The notes: generated from the sequence alone by a model not told the origin. A stretch of DNA of 64,000 nt from Candidatus Microgenomates bacterium (GCA_016784385.1 JADHUT010000001.1:20547-84546); one strand, 5' to 3'; shown: positions 37,318 through 47,636, numbered from the stretch's first letter. Made by a program: numbers and translations.

Positions 37318-37753
37318 ATTCTTTTAGAGCTTTCATTTGAATTTCATTGAGATGAACCTCAGGTCTATTTTTTTTGATTGTCTCAATAGCTTCTGAAACA
37401 GTTTTCCCCTTAGAAATTAAAAAGGCTGCTACGAGAGTAGGTGAGCGACCATGGCCAAATTTACAATGAACATACACTTTTTTGTCTATATTAACCATTC
37501 TGTCAATTAATGCTACACCTGCCTTAATTTGTGGGACAGATGGAGCAGTTTTGTCAACTGTGGGTAGGCGAAGATAGATTTCAATTTCAGCAACAGGGTT
37601 TTGCCCTTCTTTCTCTAAATCAATCTCAGCAGTAATTCCCAGGTCTGTAAGAGCTTGAGTGTGGGTTTTATCCAAGCAACATATATTTGTTCCCAAAAAA
37701 ATGTTATTTGTAACTTGGCTAAATTCAAATTCCTGTTTATGTTTATCGTTCAT
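37298..37753 (-). CDS. dual-specificity protein phosphatase
   Basis: CX5R loop VHCKFGHGRSPT. Confidence 0.8.
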   Translation of the reverse strand: MNDKHKQEFEFSQVTNNIFLGTNICCLDKTHTQALTDLGITAEIDLEKEGQNPVAEIEIYLRLPTVDKTAPSVPQIKAGVALIDRMVNIDKKVYVHCKFGHGRSPTLVAAFLISKGKTVSEAIETIKKNRPEVHLNEIQMKALKEFSDREE

Positions 37754-37821
37754 AGGTTTTTCTTGAACTCGGTTAAGACGCTATGTGTAAAGTCTACCAT
37801 TTTTGATCAAATAGGCTATAA

Positions 37822-39291
37822 TTGACACCTGTGCTTCAAGTAATTGATCTCACATTTGGATTTGGAAGTAAACCTCTTTATGGGGGGGTTAACTTTGTTG
37901 TGGGAAAAGGTCAAAAGATAGGACTGGTCGGACCAAATGGATCTGGCAAATCTACACTTCTTAGTATCATAAGAGGAGAGGAAGAAAGCTTTACGGGGAA
38001 AGTAAAACGAATTGGAAACATGACTCTTGTTCCTCAAGAAATAAAACATGACCCCAATATGGAAAAGTCAAAAAGCGTGAGGGAGTATGTAGACTCAAAC
38101 AACTCTTTCCAAGACTTTGAAATTCAAAAAATGTTTAAAGGATTAGAGCTTGGAGTTAAATTAGAGATAGATCCAAAAAAGCTTTCCGGTGGACAAAAAA
38201 CAAAACTTGCACTTGCCAGAGCGTTACTTAAAAAGCCTGACATCTTACTACTTGATGAACCAACCAACTTCATGGACAAAGCTGGTAAAGCGTGGGTTAT
38301 GAAATTTTTGTCTGAGTACGAAGGTGCTGTAATTGTTATTTCTCATGACTTGGAGTTGATGGATCGCTCAATTGATAAAATATTAGCTATTGCACCACAC
38401 AACTCAACAATAGAAGAATACAAAGGAACTTATTCTGATTACGAAAGACTAAAAAGCCAAAGAGAAGAAGGCATTAGAAAAGAACTTTTAGTAAAAGAAA
38501 AGCATCTAAAAAGAACAGAAGAAAGATATAATACTTCAAGAGCTGTAGCTACAAAATCAATACTAAAGCGAAAAGTTGAAAGAGAAAGAGAAGCATTGCC
38601 TGATGCACCGCCAGAGATTAGAAAAATTTCCATAACACTACCTGACCCTAAAAAAGTGGGAGAGATTCCTATAAAAACGGTTGGAGTCAATAAAAATTAC
38701 GGCAAGTTAGAAGTTTTAAAAAACCTTAATTTTACAATCATAAGAGGAGATAGAATTGCACTAATAGGATCAAATGGAGCGGGTAAAAGTACATTTATTA
38801 AAATACTGATGGGACTAATCGAGCCAGACGGAGGAGAAGTAATTAGAAATTCAGAGCTTGCAGTTGGATACTACTCACAAGAGTTTGAAACATTTGATTT
38901 CGATAAAAGCGTAATTGATACTTTTTGCGAGCTTACAAACAGGGAAGAAGGTTTTGCAAGAGGATATCTGGGTAAATTCATGCTGTCGGGTAGTAAAGTA
39001 TTTCAAAGAGTAGGAAGTCTTTCGGGCGGAGAAAAAACAAGACTATCAATAGCTTGCCTTACAGGGAAAGACAATAATCTGTTAATACTTGATGAACCGA
39101 CAACGTACTTGGATACATTAAGCCAAAGAATAATTTTAGAAAGCTTGAAGCAGTACAAAGGAACAATGATAATAGTATCCCACACACCTGAGTTTATGAA
39201 AGAGTTGGCTCCATCAAAAGCTCTTCTTTTTCCAGAACAAAAACAAGTTTTTTGGGATGATGAGTTACTAGATAGAATAGTAGAGGTGTAA
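37822..39291 (+). CDS. ABC-F family ATPase (two ABC domains, no TMD)
   Basis: two Walker A (GPNGSGKST, GSNGAGKST) and two LSGG signatures. Confidence 0.85.
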   Translation: MTPVLQVIDLTFGFGSKPLYGGVNFVVGKGQKIGLVGPNGSGKSTLLSIIRGEEESFTGKVKRIGNMTLVPQEIKHDPNMEKSKSVREYVDSNNSFQDFEIQKMFKGLELGVKLEIDPKKLSGGQKTKLALARALLKKPDILLLDEPTNFMDKAGKAWVMKFLSEYEGAVIVISHDLELMDRSIDKILAIAPHNSTIEEYKGTYSDYERLKSQREEGIRKELLVKEKHLKRTEERYNTSRAVATKSILKRKVEREREALPDAPPEIRKISITLPDPKKVGEIPIKTVGVNKNYGKLEVLKNLNFTIIRGDRIALIGSNGAGKSTFIKILMGLIEPDGGEVIRNSELAVGYYSQEFETFDFDKSVIDTFCELTNREEGFARGYLGKFMLSGSKVFQRVGSLSGGEKTRLSIACLTGKDNNLLILDEPTTYLDTLSQRIILESLKQYKGTMIIVSHTPEFMKELAPSKALLFPEQKQVFWDDELLDRIVEV

Positions 39292-39422
39292 ACAAGATCG
39301 CATTTTTGTTCAAAATAAACCTACTCTGCAGTAAATATGGATATTATTCCAACAACTGTTACTATTCATTTTAGAAAATATAACAAGGACTTATAGTTTT
39401 GGGAATAAATATGCTATAATAA

Positions 39423-40406
39423 TTGAAAACTGTGACCGATGAACATCTAACCAGGAGAGATTTTTTAAAACTTTCATCTTTGGCCCCATTTTCCAAACTT
39501 GAGACTTTGATGGGTTTGATAGACACAAATGAGATGATAAAAAGATATGTGTCAGATCGAGAAACCCTGGCTTATCCCACTTTGGCCCGCAAAAATCCCC
39601 TCACGGCTGAAGGTTTAGAAAAAACAACAAGAGTACCTAGCGAGAGTGAGATGATAGAAAAACTAAATAACCCTGATTTCTTTACCAAGTCAATAAACGG
39701 AGCAAGGCCAATACACACCAATCAGTTTGATGATACTGAACACAACTTCCATCCCGATATGCCTGAAAGTGAAGCAGACATAATTAAACAAAATTCATGT
39801 GGACCAGCTGCAATAGCAACTGTTTTAAAAACTTATAGATACTTTGAAACAGGAGTAGTAGCAGACATTAGAATTAGTGCAGTGAGAGATTTTCTAGAAC
39901 AGCATAAATATATAGAAAAAGGAAAAAAACACAACTTTCTTGAATGGGACGGCTCCATGTATCCCTTTGCTTTAACACAGGCATTCAGTTTATTTAGTCA
40001 ATTCGGTTATCCCATTTCAGTTGTTAACATCAGCCCTTCCAGAATGTCAGGATATGGGCTTGATTCATTCATCGTCCCCCTAAATAGAGATATTGTCTTA
40101 AGGAGTCAAGAATTAGCCAGCAAAGGGGGTATCCTGTGTACTTTTCAACTTAAATATGGGGGAGGTCATCTTCCACTCATGACAAACCTCAATTATGATG
40201 AAGATGGGATGATTCGAGCCATGGTCATAGATTCTCGTGGAGGATTTGTTCAAGAAAACGTCTGGCTTCCTTCATACATAGACGACTACAACGGCAAAGA
40301 CGGTTTAATGGGTATTTTTGGTATTATTCCAAACTTCAAACAAAAAAACATGAGTTCACTTCGAATGGATAAACATGAAAGAATTAAAGGAAATCCTTTT
40401 AACTAA
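39423..40406 (+). CDS. Tat-signal protein with papain-like/C39-like cysteine peptidase features
   Basis: RRDFLK twin-arginine motif; QNSCGPAAIATVL Cys and downstream GGGHLP His. Confidence 0.45.
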   Translation: MKTVTDEHLTRRDFLKLSSLAPFSKLETLMGLIDTNEMIKRYVSDRETLAYPTLARKNPLTAEGLEKTTRVPSESEMIEKLNNPDFFTKSINGARPIHTNQFDDTEHNFHPDMPESEADIIKQNSCGPAAIATVLKTYRYFETGVVADIRISAVRDFLEQHKYIEKGKKHNFLEWDGSMYPFALTQAFSLFSQFGYPISVVNISPSRMSGYGLDSFIVPLNRDIVLRSQELASKGGILCTFQLKYGGGHLPLMTNLNYDEDGMIRAMVIDSRGGFVQENVWLPSYIDDYNGKDGLMGIFGIIPNFKQKNMSSLRMDKHERIKGNPFN

Positions 40407-40686
40407 ATAGAAAAAGCTACACTACTGTATACATATATTTGTTCCAGGGTCACTTAGAAACCGATGTTTGGACTAATTACGAGGCTCTGTATACCTAGTT
40501 GAACAGCCACAATCTCAAGAGCCACTACACAGGAGTCGTTCTCGAGGCATTCTGGTATGCCTGATTCAAGTCTAAAACCTAAAGCGGTTCGTATTTAGAG
40601 GAGTAACTTTTTTCAGGTACGAATTTTGACCAAATAACTCATTACCCAAGACAGGACTCGAACGACTTGATACGATACATTAGCAA

Positions 40687-41277
40687 ATGAAGATTTATCT
40701 TATTAGACACGGACAAACCACTGGTGATGTAGAGAACAGGTATGGGGGAGCCTATGATGATGAGTTGTCAGACAAAGGTAAAATTCAAGCTCACGAACTT
40801 TCCAATAAGATAGGCAATTCTGGTATACAGATTCTTTTTTGTAGTCCCATGATACGAGCACAACAAACTGCAAAAATACTAAAGACCAAACTAGATTGTG
40901 AGATAAAAACAATTGAAAATTTAAAAGAAAGAAACAAGAATGGGATTCTAACTGGCATGACAAGGGACGAAGCAAAAACAAAGTATCCTGAATTGGTTGC
41001 AGAACTTAAGGATTACAGGAGTCAAATACAAGGGGCAGAGTCTCAAGAGGATTTTGCAGAAAGAATTAAAAAAGCGTTTATGGAAGTTACAAGTGCTGTA
41101 AATTATTCGACAATTGGCATTGTTACCCACGGTATGCCTTTTTGGGTAGTCTTTGAAGACATTCTGAACGAAAGTGGAATTGTTGATATTGCAGATTGTG
41201 CATATGCGGTTTTAAATAAAGAAGGCCAAAAACTAACACTAGAGAGATTGGAAGGTATTGAACTTAAAACGGATTAG
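40687..41277 (+). CDS. histidine phosphatase family protein (phosphoglycerate mutase-like)
   Basis: LIRHGQT catalytic RHG motif. Confidence 0.8.
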   Translation: MKIYLIRHGQTTGDVENRYGGAYDDELSDKGKIQAHELSNKIGNSGIQILFCSPMIRAQQTAKILKTKLDCEIKTIENLKERNKNGILTGMTRDEAKTKYPELVAELKDYRSQIQGAESQEDFAERIKKAFMEVTSAVNYSTIGIVTHGMPFWVVFEDILNESGIVDIADCAYAVLNKEGQKLTLERLEGIELKTD

Positions 41278-41535
41278 TTTCGAACACCCCCACATCCCAA
41301 CTTACTATATATTTACGCACACAGATGTTAAAATACCTCTATGTCAAATCTTTCTGTAGGGACAGTCTTTTCTTAACCCCAACATTTGATTTTTTCTTCA
41401 AAGTGCCAATTACTAAAAAAAGAAAAGAAAGAGAAATCACTCGAAGAGATAGTCTGGGGAGGATACTGGCATCCAAAGTTCCTGATGGCCTACATGATTT
41501 TGAGATGTCACAGATTCTGGGTTACGATATATAAT

Positions 41536-42846
41536 ATGGATATAGCTCCAACAGAAATACGTAAAACATCAAAAAAAGAAGCATTATATAAATTACCACA
41601 AGATGAGTCCCTGGGACAGAAAGATCTTAAAACAGCAACAGACAAACTTCAAAATGCAATAAAGGATCCTGAGATCGGAATTGATCAAGTATTAAGTGTT
41701 TTCGAAAATGAGTACATACTAAACATTGACCTAAGTGATTATAGGCACCCCGATAAAGAAATAATGCTGTTCACCGGCTTACCAAAACGGGTGTTTTTAG
41801 ATGAAGGTTTTTCCGATGTCGTTGTAGATTTACCCAATGCTGATGATAAAAGGCTGGAAGGGTTGCCAAAGATCATAAAATTGCACCTTGCAGAAGATGA
41901 TAAAGGTGGATGGGGTCATGCACAGTTTCGTAAGTTTTCTGAAGATCCGAGATGGACACGATACTGGGAGCTTGTTAAAAAGTACACGGAAAAATCGTCA
42001 GAGATAGAAAAACAACATCCGAAAACAGTTGAGGCTTATTCTGGCAACACAGATGACGAAAAAATTGAAGTTGCACGAAGCGTACAAGACAGGAGGATCG
42101 CTGAAAACTATACTCGGTGGCTCGACGAGATCAAAGAAAAGTCGGTTGGAAAAGATTTGATTTCATCAGGACAGTGGTTAGGTAGTGGTACTTTTTTGTC
42201 AAACATAGAAAAAATGCTAGAAAGAGGGGGTAAGTTGAAATCAGCCTACCATGTTTTGAATTCAGGTGGGAAAAAAGAAGATATTCATGGAGATATAAAA
42301 GGTGGAGATGCTCATAAGGCATCTATATTTTTTTTCCATTGGAAACATGAATATTCAAAAAATAATGTGGATACAGCAGGTAGATATGGTACTCAAGTTA
42401 GTGGCAATGTGGAGCTTACTGACGTTGGGATATTTTATCCAGTAGACACCATATATAAAAATAAACTCACAATTGGATCTTATTTGGGGGACAAATCAAC
42501 ATCTGAGTTTTTTGTTACAAAATCACCGCAGGTAGTAACAAAAGGAAAATTTTTACCTAAGAGCGAAATTTTAGAAATTGCCAAAAATGATAAAACAGAA
42601 CTACCACTGAGTCAGGCTTTCTTCAGGGTTGATAGTCGACAAAAATACGATGAAATAAAAGAACTATTCGGGAGACATGGATACACGAAAGACTGGATTA
42701 ATGACCATATATACCACCAAAAGACCCGCAATAGAGAAGAGATTGGCACATGGTTAAAGTCCAGACCTTATTCCAAAGCACAGATTCCTCCTCATGAGTC
42801 TGTGAGTTACGGTCTAAATAACTATCTATGGGAGCCTATAAAGTGA
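41536..42846 (+). CDS. hypothetical soluble protein (436 aa)
   Basis: start moved to ATG 41536, 4 nt after TATAAT at 41526-41531. Confidence 0.45.
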   Translation: MDIAPTEIRKTSKKEALYKLPQDESLGQKDLKTATDKLQNAIKDPEIGIDQVLSVFENEYILNIDLSDYRHPDKEIMLFTGLPKRVFLDEGFSDVVVDLPNADDKRLEGLPKIIKLHLAEDDKGGWGHAQFRKFSEDPRWTRYWELVKKYTEKSSEIEKQHPKTVEAYSGNTDDEKIEVARSVQDRRIAENYTRWLDEIKEKSVGKDLISSGQWLGSGTFLSNIEKMLERGGKLKSAYHVLNSGGKKEDIHGDIKGGDAHKASIFFFHWKHEYSKNNVDTAGRYGTQVSGNVELTDVGIFYPVDTIYKNKLTIGSYLGDKSTSEFFVTKSPQVVTKGKFLPKSEILEIAKNDKTELPLSQAFFRVDSRQKYDEIKELFGRHGYTKDWINDHIYHQKTRNREEIGTWLKSRPYSKAQIPPHESVSYGLNNYLWEPIK

Positions 42847-42858
42847 TAGAATACACCC

Positions 42859-43857
42859 ATGTCATCTCTTTCAGTAGGACTAGTAGGACTAGCAAATGTT
42901 GGTAAGAGCACACTTTTTAATGCTCTTTTGAAAAAGCAACAAGCATATGTTGCTAATTTTCCTTTTGCCACAATTGAACCTAATATTGGGATAATCCCGG
43001 TTCCAGACGAAAGACTGAGGAGTTTAGCAGAAGTCATTAAAAAATCTGAAAAAATGGATGGGTTACCACCTGAAGTTCCTGCAGTTGTTCAGTTTGTTGA
43101 TATTGCGGGACTCATTGAAGGAGCACACAAAGGAGAGGGGTTGGGTAATAAATTTTTAAGCCACATTAGGCAAGTGACGGCCATTTGTCATGTAGTTAGA
43201 GCTTTTAGTGATCCTGATGTAATAAAACAAGGCGTAACTGATCCTGTGAGTGATTTTGAGGTCGTAAAAACCGAACTAGAGCTTGCAGACATAGACACAG
43301 AGGAAGGTCACAAAAAAAAGAAAAACCAAGACATGGAAAGTTTGCCTCTTTTTTCAAAAAAACCAATATTGGTTGTTTTAAATATTGATGAAAAAGAAGT
43401 TGCTAACGCTTCTGGATTGGAAAAAAAATATGCAGAGGAGTTTGGTTTAGAAGAAAATCAAGTAATTGCAGTTTGTGCAAAAGTAGAAGCAGAACTGGCA
43501 GAACTTGGAATTGATGACCAAAAGGCGTATCTGGCTGATCTTGGAGTACAAAACTCGGGTTTAGAGAGAATTATTTCGAAAGCCTTTAAAACACTCGGCC
43601 TAATTACTTTTTTAACTGCAGGTGAAAAAGAAGTTAGAGCGTGGACTATTAAAAAAGACACTAATGCTCAAGCTGCTGCAGGAACAATACACACTGATTT
43701 TTCAGATAAATTTATCAAAGCAGATGTGGTTAATTTTGATGATTTTGTACAAAATAATGGATGGAAGGCTTGTCGTGAGTTGGGTAAGGTCAGAAGTGAG
43801 GGGGTTGATTACATCGTCGAGGACGGGGATGTAATAGAGTTCAAAGTGGGAAGGTAA
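42859..43857 (+). CDS. ychF: ribosome-binding ATPase YchF
   Basis: G1 GLANVGKST, C-terminal TGS domain. Confidence 0.9.
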   Translation: MSSLSVGLVGLANVGKSTLFNALLKKQQAYVANFPFATIEPNIGIIPVPDERLRSLAEVIKKSEKMDGLPPEVPAVVQFVDIAGLIEGAHKGEGLGNKFLSHIRQVTAICHVVRAFSDPDVIKQGVTDPVSDFEVVKTELELADIDTEEGHKKKKNQDMESLPLFSKKPILVVLNIDEKEVANASGLEKKYAEEFGLEENQVIAVCAKVEAELAELGIDDQKAYLADLGVQNSGLERIISKAFKTLGLITFLTAGEKEVRAWTIKKDTNAQAAAGTIHTDFSDKFIKADVVNFDDFVQNNGWKACRELGKVRSEGVDYIVEDGDVIEFKVGR

Positions 43858-43929
43858 GATGGGGATGTATTATTTTTTAATCTATACCTCTTGTTAGTAT
43901 TGTCAACATTTGTTAAACTAGCCCCTGAC

Positions 43930-44217
43930 ATGAACAAATACGAATTAACAATAGTAATGCCTGAGAAAACTACTACTGCAAAAAAGAAATCAGTACTGGA
44001 AACTATTGAAAAAATAGTTAAGATGGGAAAAGGAACTGTTGGAACAGCTGATGACTGGGGAGTAAAAGACTTGTCATACCCAATTGAAAAACAAATTAAA
44101 GGATTGTTTGTTCTATTACCTCTAGAACTTGAAGCCTCATTTGTTTCCCAACTAGACACAAAGCTTAAAATGGATGAGAATGTAATCAGATATTTAATAG
44201 TAAGGATGAAAGAATAA
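43930..44217 (+). CDS. rpsF: 30S ribosomal protein S6
   Basis: MNKYELTIV..., rpsF-ssb-rpsR synteny; internal start. Confidence 0.8.
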   Translation: MNKYELTIVMPEKTTTAKKKSVLETIEKIVKMGKGTVGTADDWGVKDLSYPIEKQIKGLFVLLPLELEASFVSQLDTKLKMDENVIRYLIVRMKE

Positions 44218-44222
44218 CAAAA

Positions 44223-44732
44223 ATGGCTAAAAGTTTAAACAAAGTACAACTAATCGGCAACATGACTCGTGACCCTGAACTAAAGTTCACTCCAAGTGGC
44301 ACTGCAGTTTGTACCTTTTCCATAGCAACAAACAGACAATGGACAACAGATCAGGGTGAGAAAAAAGATGAAGCAGATTTTCACAGAATTGTTTCTTGGA
44401 GCAAGTTAGCAGAAATTTGTGGACAACTTCTTAAAAAAGGTCGAAAAGTATATGTTGAAGGTAGACTTCAAACAAGATCTTGGGAAGCACAAGATGGAAC
44501 AACAAAATACATGACTGAAGTGGTAATTTCAGACATGATACTTCTTGATTCAAGAGGTGGAGGAAGTACTGATGAGGCAAACTTAGGTGGAGCGCAACAA
44601 GTGGATGAATTTGATGTACCTGCTGATTTTGATGCAAAAGAAAAGCCTGTTTCTAAAGTATCTAAAAAAGATACAAAACCAAAAGGCAAAGCTGCTTCAA
44701 AAGACGAAGGAGATGAAGACATTCCTTTTTAA
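44223..44732 (+). CDS. ssb: single-stranded DNA-binding protein
   Basis: OB-fold N-term, acidic C-terminal tail DEDIPF. Confidence 0.9.
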   Translation: MAKSLNKVQLIGNMTRDPELKFTPSGTAVCTFSIATNRQWTTDQGEKKDEADFHRIVSWSKLAEICGQLLKKGRKVYVEGRLQTRSWEAQDGTTKYMTEVVISDMILLDSRGGGSTDEANLGGAQQVDEFDVPADFDAKEKPVSKVSKKDTKPKGKAASKDEGDEDIPF

Positions 44733-44770
44733 TTAATTTTTTAAAAAAATAAATACAAATATATTTATAT

Positions 44771-45013
44771 ATGGCAAAAAAGCAAAAAAAGAGAAGAAAG
44801 ATAATTAAAGTTAGACCAATTTCGGTTAACTGCGCTTTTTGTGAGACCAAAACTGATCCAGACTACAAAGCTTACGAATTTCTTTCTAAATATGTTTCTG
44901 AGAGAGGAAGAGTAGCTGACAGAGAAAGATCAGGAAATTGCGCGAAGCACCAGAGAAAGATGACAACTGCCATAAAAAGAGCAAGACACCTGGGGCTAAT
45001 TTTGTATGCCTAG
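44771..45013 (+). CDS. rpsR: 30S ribosomal protein S18
   Basis: S18 family sequence. Confidence 0.9.
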   Translation: MAKKQKKRRKIIKVRPISVNCAFCETKTDPDYKAYEFLSKYVSERGRVADRERSGNCAKHQRKMTTAIKRARHLGLILYA

Positions 45014-46238
45014 ATTAAATTTTTCAATTGCCCGAAAAGTACTTCTGTATTCTGTTTTAACGACAATAATTTTTGTTTCTGGTTATACACTGGGAGTTAG
45101 GGGATTTAGACTAGAAACTGCAAGTTTCCCTAGTGTTGAAATTTCAAGAACAACTCCGAAATCCCGTTCTGACATAGATTTTGCACTTTTTTGGAGAGTT
45201 TGGGATACCTTGGATTCTTCATATTTTGACTCAAGTAAAATTGATCCAGTAAAAATGGTTTACGGTGCAATTTCTGGTATGGTTGCAGCAGTGGGGGACC
45301 CTTACACTGCCTTTTTACCACCTGAAGAAAACAAAGTAATAGAAGAAGATCTTTCCGGTTCTTTTGAAGGTGTTGGAATACAAATTGGTTTTAAAGGAAA
45401 ACAACTTGCAGTAATTGCTCCACTTCCTGATACTCCAGCAGATGAGGCTGGTGTGATGGCAGGTGACTTCATAGTTGGTATCTTAGATGAGACCAAAGGC
45501 GTTGACACTACAACAGTTGGGATTAACATCTCTGACGCTGTAAAGATGATTAGAGGGAAAGCTGGAACAAAGGTTACACTGTTTCTACTTAGAGACGGAA
45601 AACCAGAAACTATTAAAGTTGAAATAGAAAGAAAAGCTATTGATGTTCCTTCAGTAATCGTAACTTATGTTGGAGAAAATGAAGATATCGCACACATAAG
45701 ACTACTTAAATTTGGAGGAGAAACATACAGTGAATGGCAGACTGAGATAAAACAAATTAATAAACATGAACCAAAAATTAGCAAAATTGTACTAGATCTT
45801 AGAAACAACCCAGGTGGATATTTACAAGCTTCAGTGGACATTGTCGGAGATTTTGTAAAAACAGGATCTGTTGCAGTAATTGAAGACAAGGGAGGAGACA
45901 GAACTAACTTTAAAACAGAAAGATTCGGAACACTGCAAGACAAAAGTGTAGTAGTACTCATTAACCCAGGTTCTGCATCAGCCTCAGAAATATTAGCTGG
46001 AGCCTTGAGAGATTTAAAGAGAATCAAATTAGTGGGAGAAACATCGTTTGGAAAAGGGACAATACAAGAGCCCCTGCAACTTGAAAAGGGAAGTAGTCTC
46101 CATATAACAACTGCAAAATGGTTAACTCCAAATGGAACTTGGGTAAATGAAAAAGGAATAACACCTGATTTGGAAGTTAAAGATGATCCAGAAACCCCTG
46201 AAGATGAACAACTTCTTGAGGCTATAAGGCAACTTTAA
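45006..46238 (+). CDS. ctpA: carboxyl-terminal processing protease (S41)
   Basis: PDZ plus S41 catalytic region (GSASASEILAG..., TSFGKGT). Confidence 0.85.
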   Translation: MPRLNFSIARKVLLYSVLTTIIFVSGYTLGVRGFRLETASFPSVEISRTTPKSRSDIDFALFWRVWDTLDSSYFDSSKIDPVKMVYGAISGMVAAVGDPYTAFLPPEENKVIEEDLSGSFEGVGIQIGFKGKQLAVIAPLPDTPADEAGVMAGDFIVGILDETKGVDTTTVGINISDAVKMIRGKAGTKVTLFLLRDGKPETIKVEIERKAIDVPSVIVTYVGENEDIAHIRLLKFGGETYSEWQTEIKQINKHEPKISKIVLDLRNNPGGYLQASVDIVGDFVKTGSVAVIEDKGGDRTNFKTERFGTLQDKSVVVLINPGSASASEILAGALRDLKRIKLVGETSFGKGTIQEPLQLEKGSSLHITTAKWLTPNGTWVNEKGITPDLEVKDDPETPEDEQLLEAIRQL

Positions 46239-46262
46239 AGAGAAAATATTTTAAAAAATAAT

Positions 46263-46961
46263 TTAAATTTTCTTCAATTCCCCAGCAATTTTTTCAAAAT
46301 TACCTTCCATTACTTGTTCTAAATTGTGCCAGGATTTGTTTATTCTGTGGTCTTTGATTCTGTTTTGTGGGAAGTTATATGTTCTTATTTTTTCAGATCT
46401 CATTCCTCTACCAATGGAGCTTCTGTAACCCGCAATAGTTTTTTCTTTTTCAACCTCTTGCAGTTCCCAAAGTTTAGAACGAATGAGAGAAAGCGCGATT
46501 ACTCTGTTTTGTTCTTGGTGTCTTTCTTCTCGCGAGTGAACTGAGAGACCTGATGGTTTGTGAGTAAGTCTCACCGCACTAGACACTTTGTTTACATTTT
46601 GTCCACCATGACCACCTGCCCTTATAAACTGCCAATCCAAGTCAGCTGGATTTATATTAACTTCGCTTTCAGCGACTTCTGGAAGAGCAACAACTGTTGC
46701 AGTAGAGGTGTGTATTCTTCCTCTTTTTTCGCTTTGTGGTACTCTTTGGACCCTGTGAACACCTGACTCATGTTTTAGTGTATCAAATACACCAGAACCT
46801 GTAATTTTTAAAACACCTTCATCAACTGGAGTAGTCTTCCAGTTATTTTTGACAGCAAATCGCATATACATTCTGTATAGGTCAGAAGCCCATGTTTTTG
46901 CTTCATCACCGCCGGTTCCACCACGAATTTCTAAATATACTGTTTGTGAAGAATTATCCAT
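46263..46961 (-). CDS. prfA: class-I peptide chain release factor, RF1-like, lacking N-terminal domain 1
   Basis: starts at equivalent of RF1 residue about 105 (YLEIRGGTGGDEA); GGQ present (RAGGHGGQNVN); decoding region VQRVPQSEKRGRIHTS (RF1-type, PQS instead of PxT); upstream in-frame stop and L31 gene leave no room for domain 1. Confidence 0.75.
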   Translation of the reverse strand: MDNSSQTVYLEIRGGTGGDEAKTWASDLYRMYMRFAVKNNWKTTPVDEGVLKITGSGVFDTLKHESGVHRVQRVPQSEKRGRIHTSTATVVALPEVAESEVNINPADLDWQFIRAGGHGGQNVNKVSSAVRLTHKPSGLSVHSREERHQEQNRVIALSLIRSKLWELQEVEKEKTIAGYRSSIGRGMRSEKIRTYNFPQNRIKDHRINKSWHNLEQVMEGNFEKIAGELKKI

Positions 46962-46980
46962 CAAAATGTTTTTTGAAAAG

Positions 46981-47319
46981 TTAAGCTTTTTTAGTAGCTT
47001 TTTTCTTGGTTTGTTTTCTTACTTCTGTTAGGGTGTCTGGTCTTGATAGTTCTTCCTGAAGCTTTTTTTCTCTTTTGGCCTTTCTTTTGTCGGCTTTACT
47101 GGTAGATTTTTTTGCCTTTGCACCCTTTTGTTTTGCTTTAAATGCTTCTACTCTTCCAGCTGCATCAACAAATTTCATTTTACCAGTGAAGAACGGATGA
47201 CAGCCAGAACATACATCAATTGCCAATTCAGGCACAGTTGCGCCAATTGTCATTGTGTTTCCACAAGCACAAGAAACTTTGCATTCATTAAACCATTTTG
47301 GATGTATTTTAGCTTTCAT
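46981..47319 (-). CDS. rpmE: 50S ribosomal protein L31 with about 45-aa lysine-rich C-terminal extension
   Basis: MKAKIHPKWF...CxxC..CSGCHPFFTG L31 core. Confidence 0.85.
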   Translation of the reverse strand: MKAKIHPKWFNECKVSCACGNTMTIGATVPELAIDVCSGCHPFFTGKMKFVDAAGRVEAFKAKQKGAKAKKSTSKADKRKAKREKKLQEELSRPDTLTEVRKQTKKKATKKA

Positions 47320-47413
47320 GCTGAGGGTATTTTACCTTTTCTTTTTGATTTGAGCAATAACTACAATATTGTTCAGGCAAACTCTGATATGTCAACCCCA
47401 TAGAGACAAACTC

Positions 47414-47635
47414 TTAACCAGCTGAGGCAATCAAATTGTTTGCAACTTCTCTCAACAGGGCGGCTTCCTTGGGATTGCCTTGGAATTGTGCGTCAGTTGC
47501 AAGTGGTCTTAGGTGTAAACTTAATTGAATTCTTTCCAACCTTTGATCTTGTGTAGGTCTGTTGCCTGACAGGTGATGATCTATTATATTTAGTTGTAGT
47601 TGTCTGTTCCACTCCTTTAACGTATCATGACTCAT
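47414..47635 (-). CDS. hypothetical protein (73 aa)
   Basis: ORF only. Confidence 0.2.
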   Translation of the reverse strand: MSHDTLKEWNRQLQLNIIDHHLSGNRPTQDQRLERIQLSLHLRPLATDAQFQGNPKEAALLREVANNLIASAG

Positions 47636-47636
47636 A

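Noticed and set aside
40600-40690. tRNA or tmRNA T-arm-like string caggactcgaacgac
   Set aside because: No flanking stems or acceptor pairing could be built.
46962-47320. Programmed +1 frameshift (RF2-like) supplying the missing N-terminal RF domain
   Set aside because: Upstream DNA is fully occupied by a bona fide L31 gene in another frame, the RF frame hits a stop at 47019-47021, and the decoding motif is RF1-type.
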